Assembly: GCA_021613535.1 (NCBI GenBank) | Contig: CP075493.1 | Location: forward strand, 11,036,001 to 11,100,000 | Reading direction: 5' to 3' | Origin: Adineta vaga | Taxonomy: Eukaryota > Animalia > Rotifera | DNA length: 64,000 nucleotides | Part shown: positions 36,090 through 48,905 of the stretch, in pieces | Position numbering within the stretch: the first letter of the stretch is position 1 | Layout: the number at the start of each line of letters is the position of its first letter | Notes under the pieces: model-generated | The model's input: the letters and a program-made list of their open reading frames with translations, nothing else | What the model was told of the DNA's origin: nothing | The model's database searches: none | Made by a program: the position numbers and the translations under genes

Positions 36090-37583
36090 ATGGAACTGTA
36101 TCAAAATTTCCTTCTTCGATACACAATGATCATTATTATACTACTATTTATTGTGTTGATCGCTAATGTAGAAACGTTAACCTGTCCTAGTGGTCAGCTA
36201 CCATGTGGATCAGTTGGCTGTTATGATCCAAATATTCAAGGTTGTTCAGGTGGTGGTTCTACTATCCAATGCATCAATTCTTGCAATGGTACATGCTATT
36301 CGAATTCACAGTATTGCTATAACAACACGAAAGTTTGTAATAATGGTGAATCAGTGTGTAATGTAAAGACCTATAATTATTTTTCATCACCAACTGCATT
36401 TGGTCTCAATTGCTACAATTCTTCCCAATTAATTTGTGGAAATGATACACTCTGTGCTCCACAGTATGCATGTGGTACACAATGCTTAACTGACTACAAT
36501 GCAGTTTGTGTCAATAATCAGACACTTTGCAGCGGCTTCTACTACTGGAACTATTATCCTTACACAAATCGATATGTTAATATTTGTGGTCCTCAAAAAA
36601 CGTGTTACGATAATACAACAAGTGTTTGCTTGAATGGAACAACTGTTTGTGAAGGTTTAAATGCACGATTTTGTGGATCTAACTGTTATACACCTGATAC
36701 ACAAATCTGTACCAATGGTATAGTTCGATGTATCAATTCTTGCAATGGTACATGCTATTCGAATTCACAGTATTGCTATAACAACACGAAAGTTTGTAAT
36801 AATGGTGAATCAGTGTGTAATGTAAAGACCTATTTTTCTTTTTCATCAACGCCTTCACTTGGTCTCAATTGCTACAACTCTTCCCAATTAATTTGTGGAA
36901 ATGATACACTCTGTGCTCCACAGTATGCATGTGGTACACAATGTCTGAGAGAATATAATTCAACTTGTGCTAGCAATCGGACACTCTGCAGCGGCTTCTA
37001 CTACTGGAACTATTATCCTTACTCAAATCGATATGTCGACGTCTGCGGATCTCAACGAAAGTGTTACGATAATACAACAAGTGTCTGTTTTAGTGAAAAT
37101 AGTACGGTGTGTCCTATCGGGAATCAGCTCTGTTCTGGTGTTTGTTATAATCCACAAGCACAATATTGTATTGGTGGTAACAATACTATATTTTGTTTAA
37201 CAAATCCGTCATCATCAACTTGTCCTACTACTGCTACTACTACTACTACTGCAATACCAGTCTATTCGACTTCTATTAGTACCATACGTACGTCAACAAC
37301 AGGTTCGACGACTTCTGGTGGTTGTTGTGCAGTTCAAAATTGTACAATAGACGCTGATTGCTGTGAACCTAGTTCCGATGAATGTCAATGCTTTCGACAT
37401 AATCAAGAAAATGTTTATGGTTCATGTGTCAATCCCAATATTACGCCAGTTTGCGGTAATAGTTGTTCAATAAAAGGTAAATGTAGGTACGATTCGGATT
37501 GTTGTAAATGTCAATGTGCAGAAGTAAGATTTACCGATTTAAATGGACAATTAGCTATCAAAAAGCAATGCATACGACGCTAG
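36090..37583 (+). CDS. Secreted Cys-rich repeat protein (CBM52/Carb_bind-like units, Thr-rich stalk, Cys-rich C-domain)
   Basis: Signal peptide; repeated CG..CY.P....C units (LPCGSVGCYDPNIQGC, CGSNCYTPDTQIC, VCPIGNQLCSGVCYNP); poly-Thr linker. Confidence 0.75.
   Translation: MELYQNFLLRYTMIIIILLFIVLIANVETLTCPSGQLPCGSVGCYDPNIQGCSGGGSTIQCINSCNGTCYSNSQYCYNNTKVCNNGESVCNVKTYNYFSSPTAFGLNCYNSSQLICGNDTLCAPQYACGTQCLTDYNAVCVNNQTLCSGFYYWNYYPYTNRYVNICGPQKTCYDNTTSVCLNGTTVCEGLNARFCGSNCYTPDTQICTNGIVRCINSCNGTCYSNSQYCYNNTKVCNNGESVCNVKTYFSFSSTPSLGLNCYNSSQLICGNDTLCAPQYACGTQCLREYNSTCASNRTLCSGFYYWNYYPYSNRYVDVCGSQRKCYDNTTSVCFSENSTVCPIGNQLCSGVCYNPQAQYCIGGNNTIFCLTNPSSSTCPTTATTTTTAIPVYSTSISTIRTSTTGSTTSGGCCAVQNCTIDADCCEPSSDECQCFRHNQENVYGSCVNPNITPVCGNSCSIKGKCRYDSDCCKCQCAEVRFTDLNGQLAIKKQCIRR
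36270..37089 (+). repeat. Intragenic direct duplication with 459-bp (153-aa) period
   Basis: 36270-36630 recurs at 36729-37089 with long identical blocks (e.g. ATCAATTCTTGCAATGGTACATGCTATTCGAATTCACAGTATTGC...). Confidence 0.95.
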
Positions 37584-37847
37584 AACATTATTTTTTCTTA
37601 ATTCTTGATTCGTTTTATGCTCAATAATCAAAAATCTTTCACTTAATCTGAATGTTTCATTACTCATTTATTTTATCCTTTTCTATTCAATATTATAATC
37701 ATTTAACTCATTAAAATCTATCCATTACAAGATTAATAACGTTTTTTTCTTCATTCTGACAATAACGAATATAGTGAAAACGTAGATTTTATTGTTTTCA
37801 TTATTATTCATTAAAGATCTAAAAAATATTGAAATTCATAGCAATCC

Positions 37848-39716
37848 TTATTCTGAGACAATAGAAGCAATTTGTTTTCGTCGTAACATTGATGGCATAA
37901 TGCAAATTGGTGCACTGGGCGAACAAGGCCATATGGAACCATTGACCATTGTTTGAACTTGAGTTTCAACTTGTGCTGAAATTCGTTCTGAAATGACTGT
38001 TGCATTTTTTACTAAATTCATAATGTTCCCTATTTGGAATTCACCAGTATTTGTCAAAATATCAGTAACAACATTAGTAGCAGAGTTTTGAGCGAACTAG
38101 AACATGAATGAAATGTTTATGGTTTTGTAATCAAAGAAAAGCATGTTTTTCTTTTACTTCAGCGCTTCCAGTAACAGTAACATCAATAATACATGCTTTT
38201 CGTATTGCATCGAAATAACCTGGTGTCGTTTTAATGGTAAGACGAGTTTGAGAAAGACGTTGTGTTGCTGTTTCAATATATATATATATCACAAATTTGG
38301 CTAGCTATTGCACTCGTTACGATTTCTCTATCGGTTGTCGAATCTGTTAGTAATAATTCAGGCGTGTCTGATTTACTTTGACAACCTTGAATACATAAAC
38401 CACGCGTACTAGGATCATTGATATGTGCCAATGAAGTGAATATATTGAATTTATAATGGCCACCTCTCCAACTCTTTCAAAAAAGACATCGAAATCAATT
38501 GAAAAAAGTAATCACTTCTTCAGTGATTATACTTACACTGTAAGTGATCCAAATATTAAGTCGTGCTTTTTCGTAGCGAATATTCAAACTATTTGTTGCC
38601 TTATCAATCTTCACATCTAGCAAGAGAATATTGCCATTAGATGAAATAGAATCAATTCAATATCATAATTTTGTTACCTAATCCACAAGCAGGATGATTT
38701 GCTGTAAAGTGTTGATGAGTTATTATGCAAATTGATTGATGATTAGAATCATAAAATGTTATATCAAACTAAAGGAGAGAGTGTTTAAGCTAACCCGTAG
38801 ATATGCATATATATTTCTACATACTTGAGTGATGACATCACCGTTTTGCGAACCAGAATTTAGAACATAGATCGCAGCATATGAATTATGAAAAAGAATT
38901 GACGGACCATCGATTTGACACCAAGAACTGGAAACGATTTCATTTGCTGTTTTTTGAAATTTAATCAATTGTGGATCACCCCAATAATCACATTTGTATA
39001 ATATTTGTGGAATTTGTGGTTTACTAAACGAGAAAAACAGAAGAGAAAGTGATACTTATGTGATAATATATTAGTTATCATATCAGTTTACTTCTTCATT
39101 ATACAGAGATTATCCATCGCAAATTGTTTGCCACCACCGGCTGCACTGGCATATGCAGGAACACCTCCAGATGTGTTAAATCTAATTTCGTCGATATTCG
39201 TCCAATTTAATACGACATTAGTAGCCGAAGTTGTTTGAAGGGTAATACTTTTACTAAAAACAGGCGTTCCTGCACGATAGCCAGTAATAGCCAAAACTAA
39301 ACCATTATTCCAAGCAGCGGCAGCCACAAATGAATTGACACTAAATGATATTCGTGAGTTGACACTACCAGCACTAATTGACATTGGAGATCCTTCTTTG
39401 TTGTAAGCAACACGTGTCCCACTTCGTAATGAAACAAAATATCCACTTTCTGGAAACTGTGAAGCTATCAACGATTCCACATTTAACCAATTGAAACCTT
39501 CGTATGAGCTTGGTATAGATACGTTTCCATCACTCAAATCATCAAAACCTATTGATGTATATTCACGGGAACAACCTATATTATCAGTACTAAGTACGCA
39601 AGTTAATCTATCATTGATGTAAAAAAATAGAAGAAGTTTCCATTTGTATTTGACATAATTTAAACTTACCCGAATATTGAAATAATCAGAATAAATAGCG
39701 TTACGGGAACAGTCAT
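37848..39716 (-). CDS. Multi-exon secreted protein: bacterial PEP-CTERM-associated-like beta domain fused to a VWD-like domain; frameshift in a (TA)n tract
   Basis: Signal exon MTVPVTLFILIISIFG; domain IGFDDL..IPSSYEGFNW..AAAWNNGL..FAMDNL; then KCDYWGDPQL..TRGLCIQGC..ACIIDV (VWD/C8-like). About 7 exons with GT-AG introns; the frame breaks at the TA run 38277-38289. Confidence 0.65.
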
Positions 39717-40455
39717 GTAATATCACGTTTTATAAAATTTGAAACTATGCTATCAATCTTCAATTCGGATGTTTTACTTTTGAAAACAGTCTATCGCATA
39801 TATAGTGTAAGTTAGTTACTTCCTTTTTATCTCGTATCTAAATCTGCTCACCTGTGCAAATATCAGTCTAATTTAAATGAAATAGAAGTGAAGAAGTATG
39901 TTGATATCATTAAACTTATTTTCGCATTTCTATCAAATTTAAATAGTTGGCGTGGGTCGCATATAGAGTATTACTTTACTCTGTTATTAGTGCGATTAAG
40001 CATTGAGATTTTATTATTTTTTATAGACGAGTCAGTTGCTCATTCTTTTGTTTTTATATGATGCTGAAAAATCTCTACGATTGTTTTCTGCGATACAATA
40101 CCATTAAGCGCAAAAAACCAACATTTCCTGTATGGTTCCTTAGAACTGCAGATACTCGATAGGTTCTACGCTGTTAAAAATTTAGATTTACATCGTCGAG
40201 AAACCATCTAACTGTTCAAGTGATCACAGGCATTGAAAGACCTTGTAATAATAATGTACTTTCTTTTCTTTTTTTCTCTCTCATATAATCGATGAAACAC
40301 GTTTTCGTTCTGTTTTGCATGTGTCAGTTCCCTTTTCACTTTTTCTTGGCAATAGGTATTGTTTTCTTTTATTCTATTTTTGTGATTATTTGGTACACGT
40401 AATCATTTATTTCTAATTTAGAAAAAAAATTAGACAAAAAAGTTGGAACATAGCA

Positions 40456-41129
40456 TTATTTTTTTGATTTTGGTGGTGCATCATTAATATTAATTTTTTC
40501 AACTGCTTTATCAAAGGATTCGCTCACTGCTTTTTCAATAGTTTTTCTTACAGCTTCATATATTGCTTGTTGTACCAGAAAAGATTTATTGGCTAGTTTT
40601 TCTTGAAGCTTTGGTTGGATTATGTCGTTGATCTGACCAGCAATCTTCCCCTGCACGTCGTCTTTTGTTACGTTTATGAGAGCTTGTTCATTTACTTTCG
40701 ATAAATTTTTGTCCGGATATTCTGAAAATAGTAGACCTTTATAAGATCCTGGCGATGCTTTCTTCATCTCGAGAACAATGCTTTTATGTTCTTCCTAAAT
40801 ATTATAGCGAAAAAATAATAGTATCGAATGAAAATAGTTATTTGTTTTCTATATATGAAATTGAGAAATAATGTTGAATAACTTACATAATATTTGTTTG
40901 GAATATCGCTAGCCGATTCCCTAACGAGGTCTTTAATATCTTCGAGCACTTGAGGATCGATTTGACTAGGTTCTGTTGGGATGTTGTCAGGTGGTGTTGG
41001 GATGTTGTCAGGTGGTGTTGGGATGTTGTCAGGTGGTGTTGGCATGTTGTCAGGTGGTGTTGGCATGTTGTCAGGCACTGGTGGAATAATTTTAGTTAGT
41101 GATGGCATGTTGCACATTCCTGATCCCAT
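40456..41129 (-). CDS. Small 2-exon protein with N-terminal MGSG..C acylation-like motif and Pro-rich heptad repeats
   Basis: Phase-0 intron 40795-40886 joins PNKYY to EEHKSIVLEMKK, merging ORFs 40764-41129 and 40456-40767. Confidence 0.7.
40974..41075. repeat. 21-bp coding minisatellite, about 5 units (PPDN[MI]PT)
   Basis: Unit TGTTGG(G/C)ATGTTGTCAGGTGG repeated in tandem. Confidence 0.95.
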
Positions 41130-41799
41130 TAGAATGTTTTAATTGATTTGTCGAAATAGTTGTTAATCTATATAGGAAAGATACACAGAACATATATTTA
41201 GTTCAAAAGAATGATTTATATCCTTTTGAACTACGTTTAGTAAAACTCTGTAAAAGAAATGAAATATTTTATGCTATATATACTCGAGAAAAATGCTTTT
41301 AATTTCTTCGTTTTCTTTATTTTAACTCGAAATCACGATTCTGTTGTTTGTTTTTCTTCGTCTAGTTGTAAAAATACGTTGATTGAGTAAGAATATCACG
41401 AAACGTTTCTTTGTTTAAAAATGAAAGCCATATAATACACTTCCTTTTTTTACTTTTGTTTTTTTACGTACTTTGATGGTACCCATCGAAAAATTGTTAT
41501 ATTCAAAATCAGTGATGATTTCTAATTTTTCAGTCAGTAGAAACAATGCTTCAATCTTTGTGCTATCATTTTATCTTAGCCCTTCTTTTTGGAGACATAT
41601 CTCTGTAAATATTATTGATATTCGATTGAGAATAAAACCGACAAGTATATCGGACGCATTTATTGAAAACAGAAGTATGATTGTTTTTTTTTTGCATGTC
41701 GTTAGCCAAAATACGTAAAGTATATATTGATATAGGAATCAAATAAAATAATAATTAATTTTATGAAAATCAAAACAAATTGAAAAGTAATAACATCTT

Positions 41800-42858
41800 T
41801 TAATTTTTCTTATCTCGAATATCTGCTGATATTAAGTGATATTCTCTTTGAATTTGTGTTTTCATTTGCTGACTTCTATTCCATTGATGAATAACTGCAT
41901 AAATAGATCCATTTTCGTTTACTACTAATCCAAATTGATTTCTCTTCAACAATGATGCATGACCTAAAGTACCAACAAAACCATATTCATGCAAAATACG
42001 ATGAACTGTAACATTGACAAGTTTATTATTATGAATTATGTAATTATGTATTCCTTGATCACTACCACCATATTTCTTACAAGCAACTGATGTACTTATT
42101 ATATGAGATTCCATCATAGATAAATAAGATAAAACTGCCGACCATGTACCAAGTACTGTGCCTGAACAACTAATTGGATAATTAAATAATTTTGTAAGCT
42201 CTGCATCACTAAAACATGTTTTTATCCAATCACTATTGTGAAAACATTTACCAATTGTCATATGTTTACTTTCCATAAAAACAAACAAGCCAGGAGTATA
42301 ACTAGTCATATGTCGAAAAACATTTGTTTGAAATAATGTATCATGTGAATCACACATAAAGACATTGTCATATACTTCACCCTTTGCTTGTAAAGTAGAT
42401 AAATAATTATGAATGATTAACCATCGAGTAGAATAAATGTATGGAATTTTTGCTCGATTCATTCGTAAACGTTTTGGAAAATATTCCTTCTCAGATATAT
42501 AGACGATCGAATACAGATTTGCTAATTCTCGAAAATCATTATTATGCATCGTTGCCTCCTTGACTATCATCGTCAATTGACAAGAATTACATGAAGCACG
42601 TAAAGAACGTGAGAAACGATACATTGTGATTAGATCTAAATCGAGAGCAGCTGTTATTACTAGATTACGCTGCGATGAAGATGATAACGATTGCTGACAT
42701 GTAGAAACAGAATAAGTTTTCAGATCTTTGTTTGAGATATCATTAGTAGCAATCATAATGGATGTGCGTTGAAAACCTTTCATTCCAAAATTACCTATGA
42801 TGATTCCAAAAATAAGTACCACAACAAGAATCAATAGATGAAAAAAATAATAAATCAT
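41800..42858 (-). CDS. Type II membrane GT-A-fold glycosyltransferase-like protein
   Basis: N-terminal TM anchor; VFMCDSHDTLFQ (D..D..FQ), ISCSGTVLG, DQGIHNY, VIHQWNR motifs; intronless. Confidence 0.7.
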   Translation of the reverse strand: MIYYFFHLLILVVVLIFGIIIGNFGMKGFQRTSIMIATNDISNKDLKTYSVSTCQQSLSSSSQRNLVITAALDLDLITMYRFSRSLRASCNSCQLTMIVKEATMHNNDFRELANLYSIVYISEKEYFPKRLRMNRAKIPYIYSTRWLIIHNYLSTLQAKGEVYDNVFMCDSHDTLFQTNVFRHMTSYTPGLFVFMESKHMTIGKCFHNSDWIKTCFSDAELTKLFNYPISCSGTVLGTWSAVLSYLSMMESHIISTSVACKKYGGSDQGIHNYIIHNNKLVNVTVHRILHEYGFVGTLGHASLLKRNQFGLVVNENGSIYAVIHQWNRSQQMKTQIQREYHLISADIRDKKN

Positions 42859-43639
42859 CTGAGACTATATGAAGAGAAAAAGGATACAGTTGAACAAAGT
42901 TTAACCACCATAAAAATAAAGTCTATGATACAATACGAGACATATCGTACTCATCCATCCATAGCAACATCGATTCGTTCTATCGTTTATATAAAATATA
43001 CACCGACAAGATATTGTACATTATTACAATTGAACGAAAAAGGATATATAAGATTCAAACTTTTTCTCCTCTACTTACTATACATAAGTGAATAACAAAT
43101 ATACTTTTCGTTCTTACCATAATCAGATATAGTAAGAAATCTTTGATTGATTTCGAATGTTCATCAAACAAAACTTTTGTTTAATTTATTCGCGATATGT
43201 CATATAAAGATATGATATGAAATTTTCCAATTGAAACTCGATATCTATATTTTAAGAATTTGTTGTGATTTATTTTAAATAAAACTATCAAAAATATTGG
43301 TTAGACGTGATTTTTTATGCTCATGGCATCGTGCGCAAAACAACTTAATGTTCTCGTCATATACTTCATTTGTTTCTGTTTATTTTGATGCTATCACTCT
43401 CTTCCTACCATTAACTGTAATTTATTAGAAATCGATCGCATCTCTTCCTTAATAGTCGAGTATGTTGGAAATTCTTCTGTACATATACGTATAAAGAACG
43501 TGAAATTTTCATTATCATTTCTTTTCAAATTGAAAAATTCATTCTAACTATACATTGATGTCATTCAAAGTCATAGCTTCCACGTAAGGTTTTCTTGTAT
43601 AAATTCTATTGGGATAAATAAATCAAATTTTATTGTAGA

Positions 43640-44002
43640 CCTTCTCATTACTGGAAACAACGTCAACAACAATATGCTATGAATCATGCAAGATCTCCTA
43701 ACATCGTCGTTATTGATGAAAAAGATTCTAATAAAGCGAACCGTTTAATAGCCGAATGGTTGATCAAAAATTTTTCAGATCTTAGAATCATTCAAATGGC
43801 AACAATTAGAAAAAAGAATCGAGTCTACCAACGAGTGACCTTTCAAACAAGTTCTTATCAACGAAAACTTGTTCTTTTTGATGTGACTGCATCATTTAAC
43901 AATAATTTGAATACATCGTTGCGAGTTTTTTCGACACGAACAATCATTCGTCTGTGGCCAGGAACACGATCAATACCAACAAGAATGCAAATTGTTGCAT
44001 GA
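43640..44002 (+). CDS. Small hypothetical protein (probable terminal exon)
   Basis: 107-aa ORF preceded by a TTGTAG acceptor near 43638; no recognisable domain. Confidence 0.35.
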   Translation, partial: PSHYWKQRQQQYAMNHARSPNIVVIDEKDSNKANRLIAEWLIKNFSDLRIIQMATIRKKNRVYQRVTFQTSSYQRKLVLFDVTASFNNNLNTSLRVFSTRTIIRLWPGTRSIPTRMQIVA

Positions 44003-45272
44003 GGGTGGGTGTGAGTGTGTAGAAATCTTATATCTTTCACTGATTTATTAGTTTATTGATTAACAATGAAGTGGATATTTTTCTCGTACTTTTCCTCTTC
44101 CCATTTCAGTCTTCTCTAAAAATTAACAATGTATTCAAATATGTCGATGTTAATAATATCTTTTTTTAATGAAACAAATTTATTCTAAAGAAAATAAAAA
44201 CTATCTGGAAAGTGGATACATTAGTAATGAGATCATAGCGAAATGAACTCAAAGGACATATCTGCATATAGATGTATTTTTCATTGTAACAAAGAAAAGT
44301 ACGATAAAAGCAATCAAAATTAGATTTCAATTTGATATATTTAAAATAAAGCATGTATGATTTAATTCGGAACTTTTCCCATTCGTTCATTATGATATAG
44401 TCTAGTCATTATTTGTTCTGATATACTGTTTCAACTGTCAGAATTGGATGACTATCGATAATTGTAACAAATGTCATTTTTCTATTATCCTACAATAGTA
44501 GTGTGACAAGTAAGTTTCTCTCATTGTCAAATTTGATCTGTATTTGTAGTCTTCATTGAATGTATGAAACGTAGGACAAGAAATAAGACACAAATTCGAG
44601 AAGTTCATACAGTTGATCGTCCTATAGTCCCCCCCATATCGTATTACTTGATGGCAATCATAATACCAATCTTTATGATCCTCTGGCAATTGTAATTAAT
44701 AAAATAATAAATATGAACATCACATGCATGTGAATTAAATCATCTTTTATTCATATCAATGCAAGATACCTAGAAAGTTTTTCTTTCCGGTCGTACAAAT
44801 CGTCTCTAGTATCATATGACAATAAGTTTATTTGTCCGAAATGATACAGGAAATCTTTTTCAAAATGAAAGTGTTATTGATTAGCGATGATTCTGCTTTG
44901 AACACAATATCTATGTTAGTTGAAAGAATAAATTAAGTAATTACTTGTCTGTAGTAGTATACTCAATAGTAGTGAACTTTAGTATACCTAAATATATAAC
45001 TCATGTAATCTATCTCTCTTCATGAGCTATGATACACTTATGACTTTTATTCTTTTTCAATTACGTAGTTGCTTTGTATTGTAATGAGTCTAGTAAATAA
45101 TTTTATAAAGTATAAAGGTCTGTTTGTAGAAATACTCTTACCGACGACTTTGACATAAAGTATTCATGAATTAGTAATTATATATATTTAGTAATTAATA
45201 GAAAAAAAGAAAAAGACAAATGACACACTGATGACTATGTGAATACATTTACTTTCAGAAAAATTCCTTTTT

Positions 45273-46340
45273 TTAATTCAACGCAACACTTTCGACATTC
45301 CTGTTTGATGTTTCATTTCTCGGCACGACTTCATTATGAGTTACTTTTTGCCAGAGATTTCGATAGATGCCAAAGAAAACATAAATAAGTTGTTTACGAA
45401 ATCGTTCCGATACACAAATATAAATATAGAATGGAATCTAAAACAATTAAATTCGAGTTTTTCTTTCAACAAAGAAACAATCTATATTTACTGCATAATA
45501 TAAATAATAGATACAAGTTGTTATTGCAATAGCAAATCGAGTTTGAATGGCAATGAGTGGATCTTGTGTTAGACTTGTATGTGATGCAAAAGTCAAAACA
45601 ATAAAACATGGTGTTGTAGCAAAGATATTAAATACAGTTTGTACAAATACCATAACTGTTAATTGAACTTCATGTTGACGACGAACAAGTGGAACTGTTC
45701 GATGCGTATGCTGTTTTACATTACGAAATGCTAAACAACCAAATATAAGCATAGTCATCAATGGAATAGCACACATTAGAACAGGAACGTGAAAACTATT
45801 ATAGTATTTGTTAAAAACAATATTAGTAATCTGACAACTGTATTTTCCTGTACTTGATGTTTGAACCAGATTATAATAGAGTATATAAGGAATGCCATAA
45901 ATACACCAGACAATACTTATGATTCCTGTACACCAGCAGGCTATTTTTGGCCGACCCCATCGTTGCCAATTTGGGTGCGCAGATGTTGTTAAAAACTGAT
46001 CAATTGTTGCTAAACATAAACACACTGGAGAAATAATTGCACATGCCTGAAATAAATAATTGCGTAGTTTACAATACACTAATGATGTTTCTGTCCAATC
46101 AATTCCGACTGCATTTATTAAAACACGAGTTAAAAGACCTGTTAGTAATTGACCAATATTAACAATTGATACTATGGTTAAATAGAATGCACTTGAACTT
46201 TGCCGATAAATTCGAAGGCTAAGAAAAATAATTACATTAATCAATCCACCAAGAATTCCAGCAATAGTTATTATTGTACCCATATAAACATATGTATTCG
46301 ATATAGCAAGAGCAAGTGATGAAATTAGTGGATTTGACAT
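45273..46340 (-). CDS. Orphan rhodopsin-like GPCR, 2 exons
   Basis: GILGGLINVIIF, YCKLRNY, CLATIDQF. TM7 intron at the equivalent position to 7236-8277; last exon IPFYIYICVSERFRKQL...ALN*. Confidence 0.87.
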
Positions 46341-46863
46341 TTTTAACAAAAGAGAAAATGGTAAATGATTCTTCCTTTTATTTCTTTTCCGTTGTCTTCC
46401 AGTTAAGAATAATTTTGAAGGAAATTCTTCCACACGATAGATGTTCTATTCTGCGTATGTTGAAGGATTGAAGCTCATATCTACTAATGGGTTTTTGCTT
46501 TCTTTATAGATAGTTAAAAAAAAGTACGTACATGGTCATGTCTGTGAGATTGTAATCAAGAAAACAATCTTTCTATTTTGTTTCACAAGTATAACTTTAT
46601 TTTTTGATAATTAAAACTATCCGATTATCGAATGATATAAAAATCTATTTTTCTATATTGAATCTTTTTTTCGTGTATCGTACAACAACTGATATTGTCT
46701 TCTTATTTTCATTATTTAGTTGAATAAATAAAATATTTTAAAGAAAAAAAGAAGGGAAAGATATATTATCTAAAAAAGAAAGGAAAGAAATGGTTTATTT
46801 AAATTATTCATTCGTGTAATATGCTATTCTATTTACTTAACATGAGATTTATTCCATTTGCTA

Positions 46864-47673
46864 TTAGACAAATGTGTAAATTTCCATTACAATTATTCGT
46901 AATGCAGAAGTATCTTTGAGTAAAATCTGTTGTATTTGAGTATTATTTAGTGTTAATTCAGTAACATTAAAAGTAATATAGAAAGATAATAATGTTTCAT
47001 TATAAGATAATCTTTTGTTTGAATCTCGATTAAATCGGTTGACTCGATTAAGTGCTCCTGCTAAATACAATTTATAATAATCTCTAATTATCGCCACAGG
47101 AACGATTTCTCCATCAGAAATATGCATTGCATTTGGGAATATCAATAAATGGTGAAGCAAGATCGATACAATAAGATGTTGAATAGGACGGATATGCTGT
47201 ATCGAAACATGAAATTGATGCTTCTAATCCAGGAATCATGGAGCTAAGTACAGGTGGTGCAGTATTTGTTTGTAGTTGAGAATTCACTGATGATTGACAT
47301 GTTCCTAAATTTTGATTACATATATTTGTTGCACAGAGACAAAGTATTGATGTAGTAAATAAATCAAATGCAAGTGGTGAACATGAATCATAGCCAATAT
47401 CAGTTTTATTAGAAAATCCTCTACATCGTTGAGATATACTTTTATATATATGTTTGTGAATGATAAATAATCGTAGATGATTTTTGATGATGAACCATTA
47501 GAAAAATATTGATAAGAACAATATTCATGATAACTGACGAATGCACCATTATAATAACATGTTAAATTAAGACGATTTATTATCCGATTAACTAATGTTG
47601 AAATATTACCATTAAAAAGTCCTTCACTAAAGACATAGAATACAAGAATATAGATAAAAATAAAGAATTTCAA
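46864..47673 (-). pseudogene. Disrupted secreted Cys-rich (Ly6/three-finger-like CxC....CN) gene
   Basis: Hydrophobic leader; an alternative frame reads ILCLCATNICNQNLGTCQSS...ISCFD before stops; pieces are split across frames. Confidence 0.4.
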
Positions 47674-48039
47674 CTGTCAATATGCGCATGTTCCGTCAAA
47701 GTACCGTATTATTTTTTTATAAGAAATGGATCAGGCGACCATGTTGCCCTTACTTATACAAATGAAATCGTTTTTTATTGTACAATATTTCAGTTTTATT
47801 CATCGTCTGTCAACATCTATTACAAAAAGTATCGATATAAAAGTTTCGCGTAAGAACAAATCGTATAAAAGATGCATCATAGATCCTATAGTTTTCCTTC
47901 TTCAAAAAAAAGAAAAGAAGGTACGTAGATGGTACTCACTGAATCCCACATAATGAGTTCGACTTCTTAAGGGTTAAATCACTATTAAGATAAAACGTTC
48001 TTATTATTAGCTGATCTGATTTATGAGCATTATTTATTT

Positions 48040-48905
48040 GGTCAATAAACGTCTTCTCAATGATTTCCTTTCATTGCTTTCCAATTACTTGTTGTAAACT
48101 TTCACATAATTGTTCTCTAGCTTTATCACCGTTATTAGTAACAAGTGAAATAGTTGTATTTATTCCTATAATAATTCTTCCTTTATCAACTGTAATGATC
48201 GTTTGTACGTGATCTTTCGACAATATGAATGAATGAATGACCATCTTTTATAATCGTTGAAATCATATTTTCTCGTTCAGTAATACATCGATCAAAACTA
48301 TCGTTTTTCATTGTGAAGATTTTCCCTAAAAGGTCTTTCAGATATTTATCAGCTTTCGTATTAATTTTTTGTAACACAACTTTTATACTATCAACGTTAT
48401 CCGATATAGTCGAATTGATACAACCATGCACTTCTGTTTTCACCTTGGCTACAATATCTGCTGATGTTCCGTGAATGTAATGTTCTTCATTTCATTTATT
48501 ATTGAGTGATTATATTCGATGACGACAGAATTTCGTTTATATCTACCGGTAACTATAAAGTGCAAGATTAAATGAGAACATATTCCGTTTAGATGCGAAT
48601 ATCATCAATAAGATCGGCGATGATAGTTGTAGAATCTTATTGTATTGTAATAGTAACGATGAAAACATAGCAAGTTTTACCCTTCTCTGATGTTTATGGT
48701 AACAGTAAAGGAGATGATAGTGTACTACAACCAACTTCTTTCATACATTTGCATCCCGTTTTTTCTTTTACCAAAAATGATCTAAAACGACAATAGAAAG
48801 TACAGCGTATTCGAAAAGAAAAAAGTTTAATGCTGCTCTCAAACCATCACTCGTCACAATGAGTGACGCCTTTGGAACAGACACGCATTCTGTCCCTATC
48901 GACAT
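48040..48905 (-). pseudogene. Degenerate coding remnant, product unknown
   Basis: Coding-like helical stretches (SADIVAKVKTEVHGCINSTISD...) interrupted by multiple stops. Confidence 0.25.
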
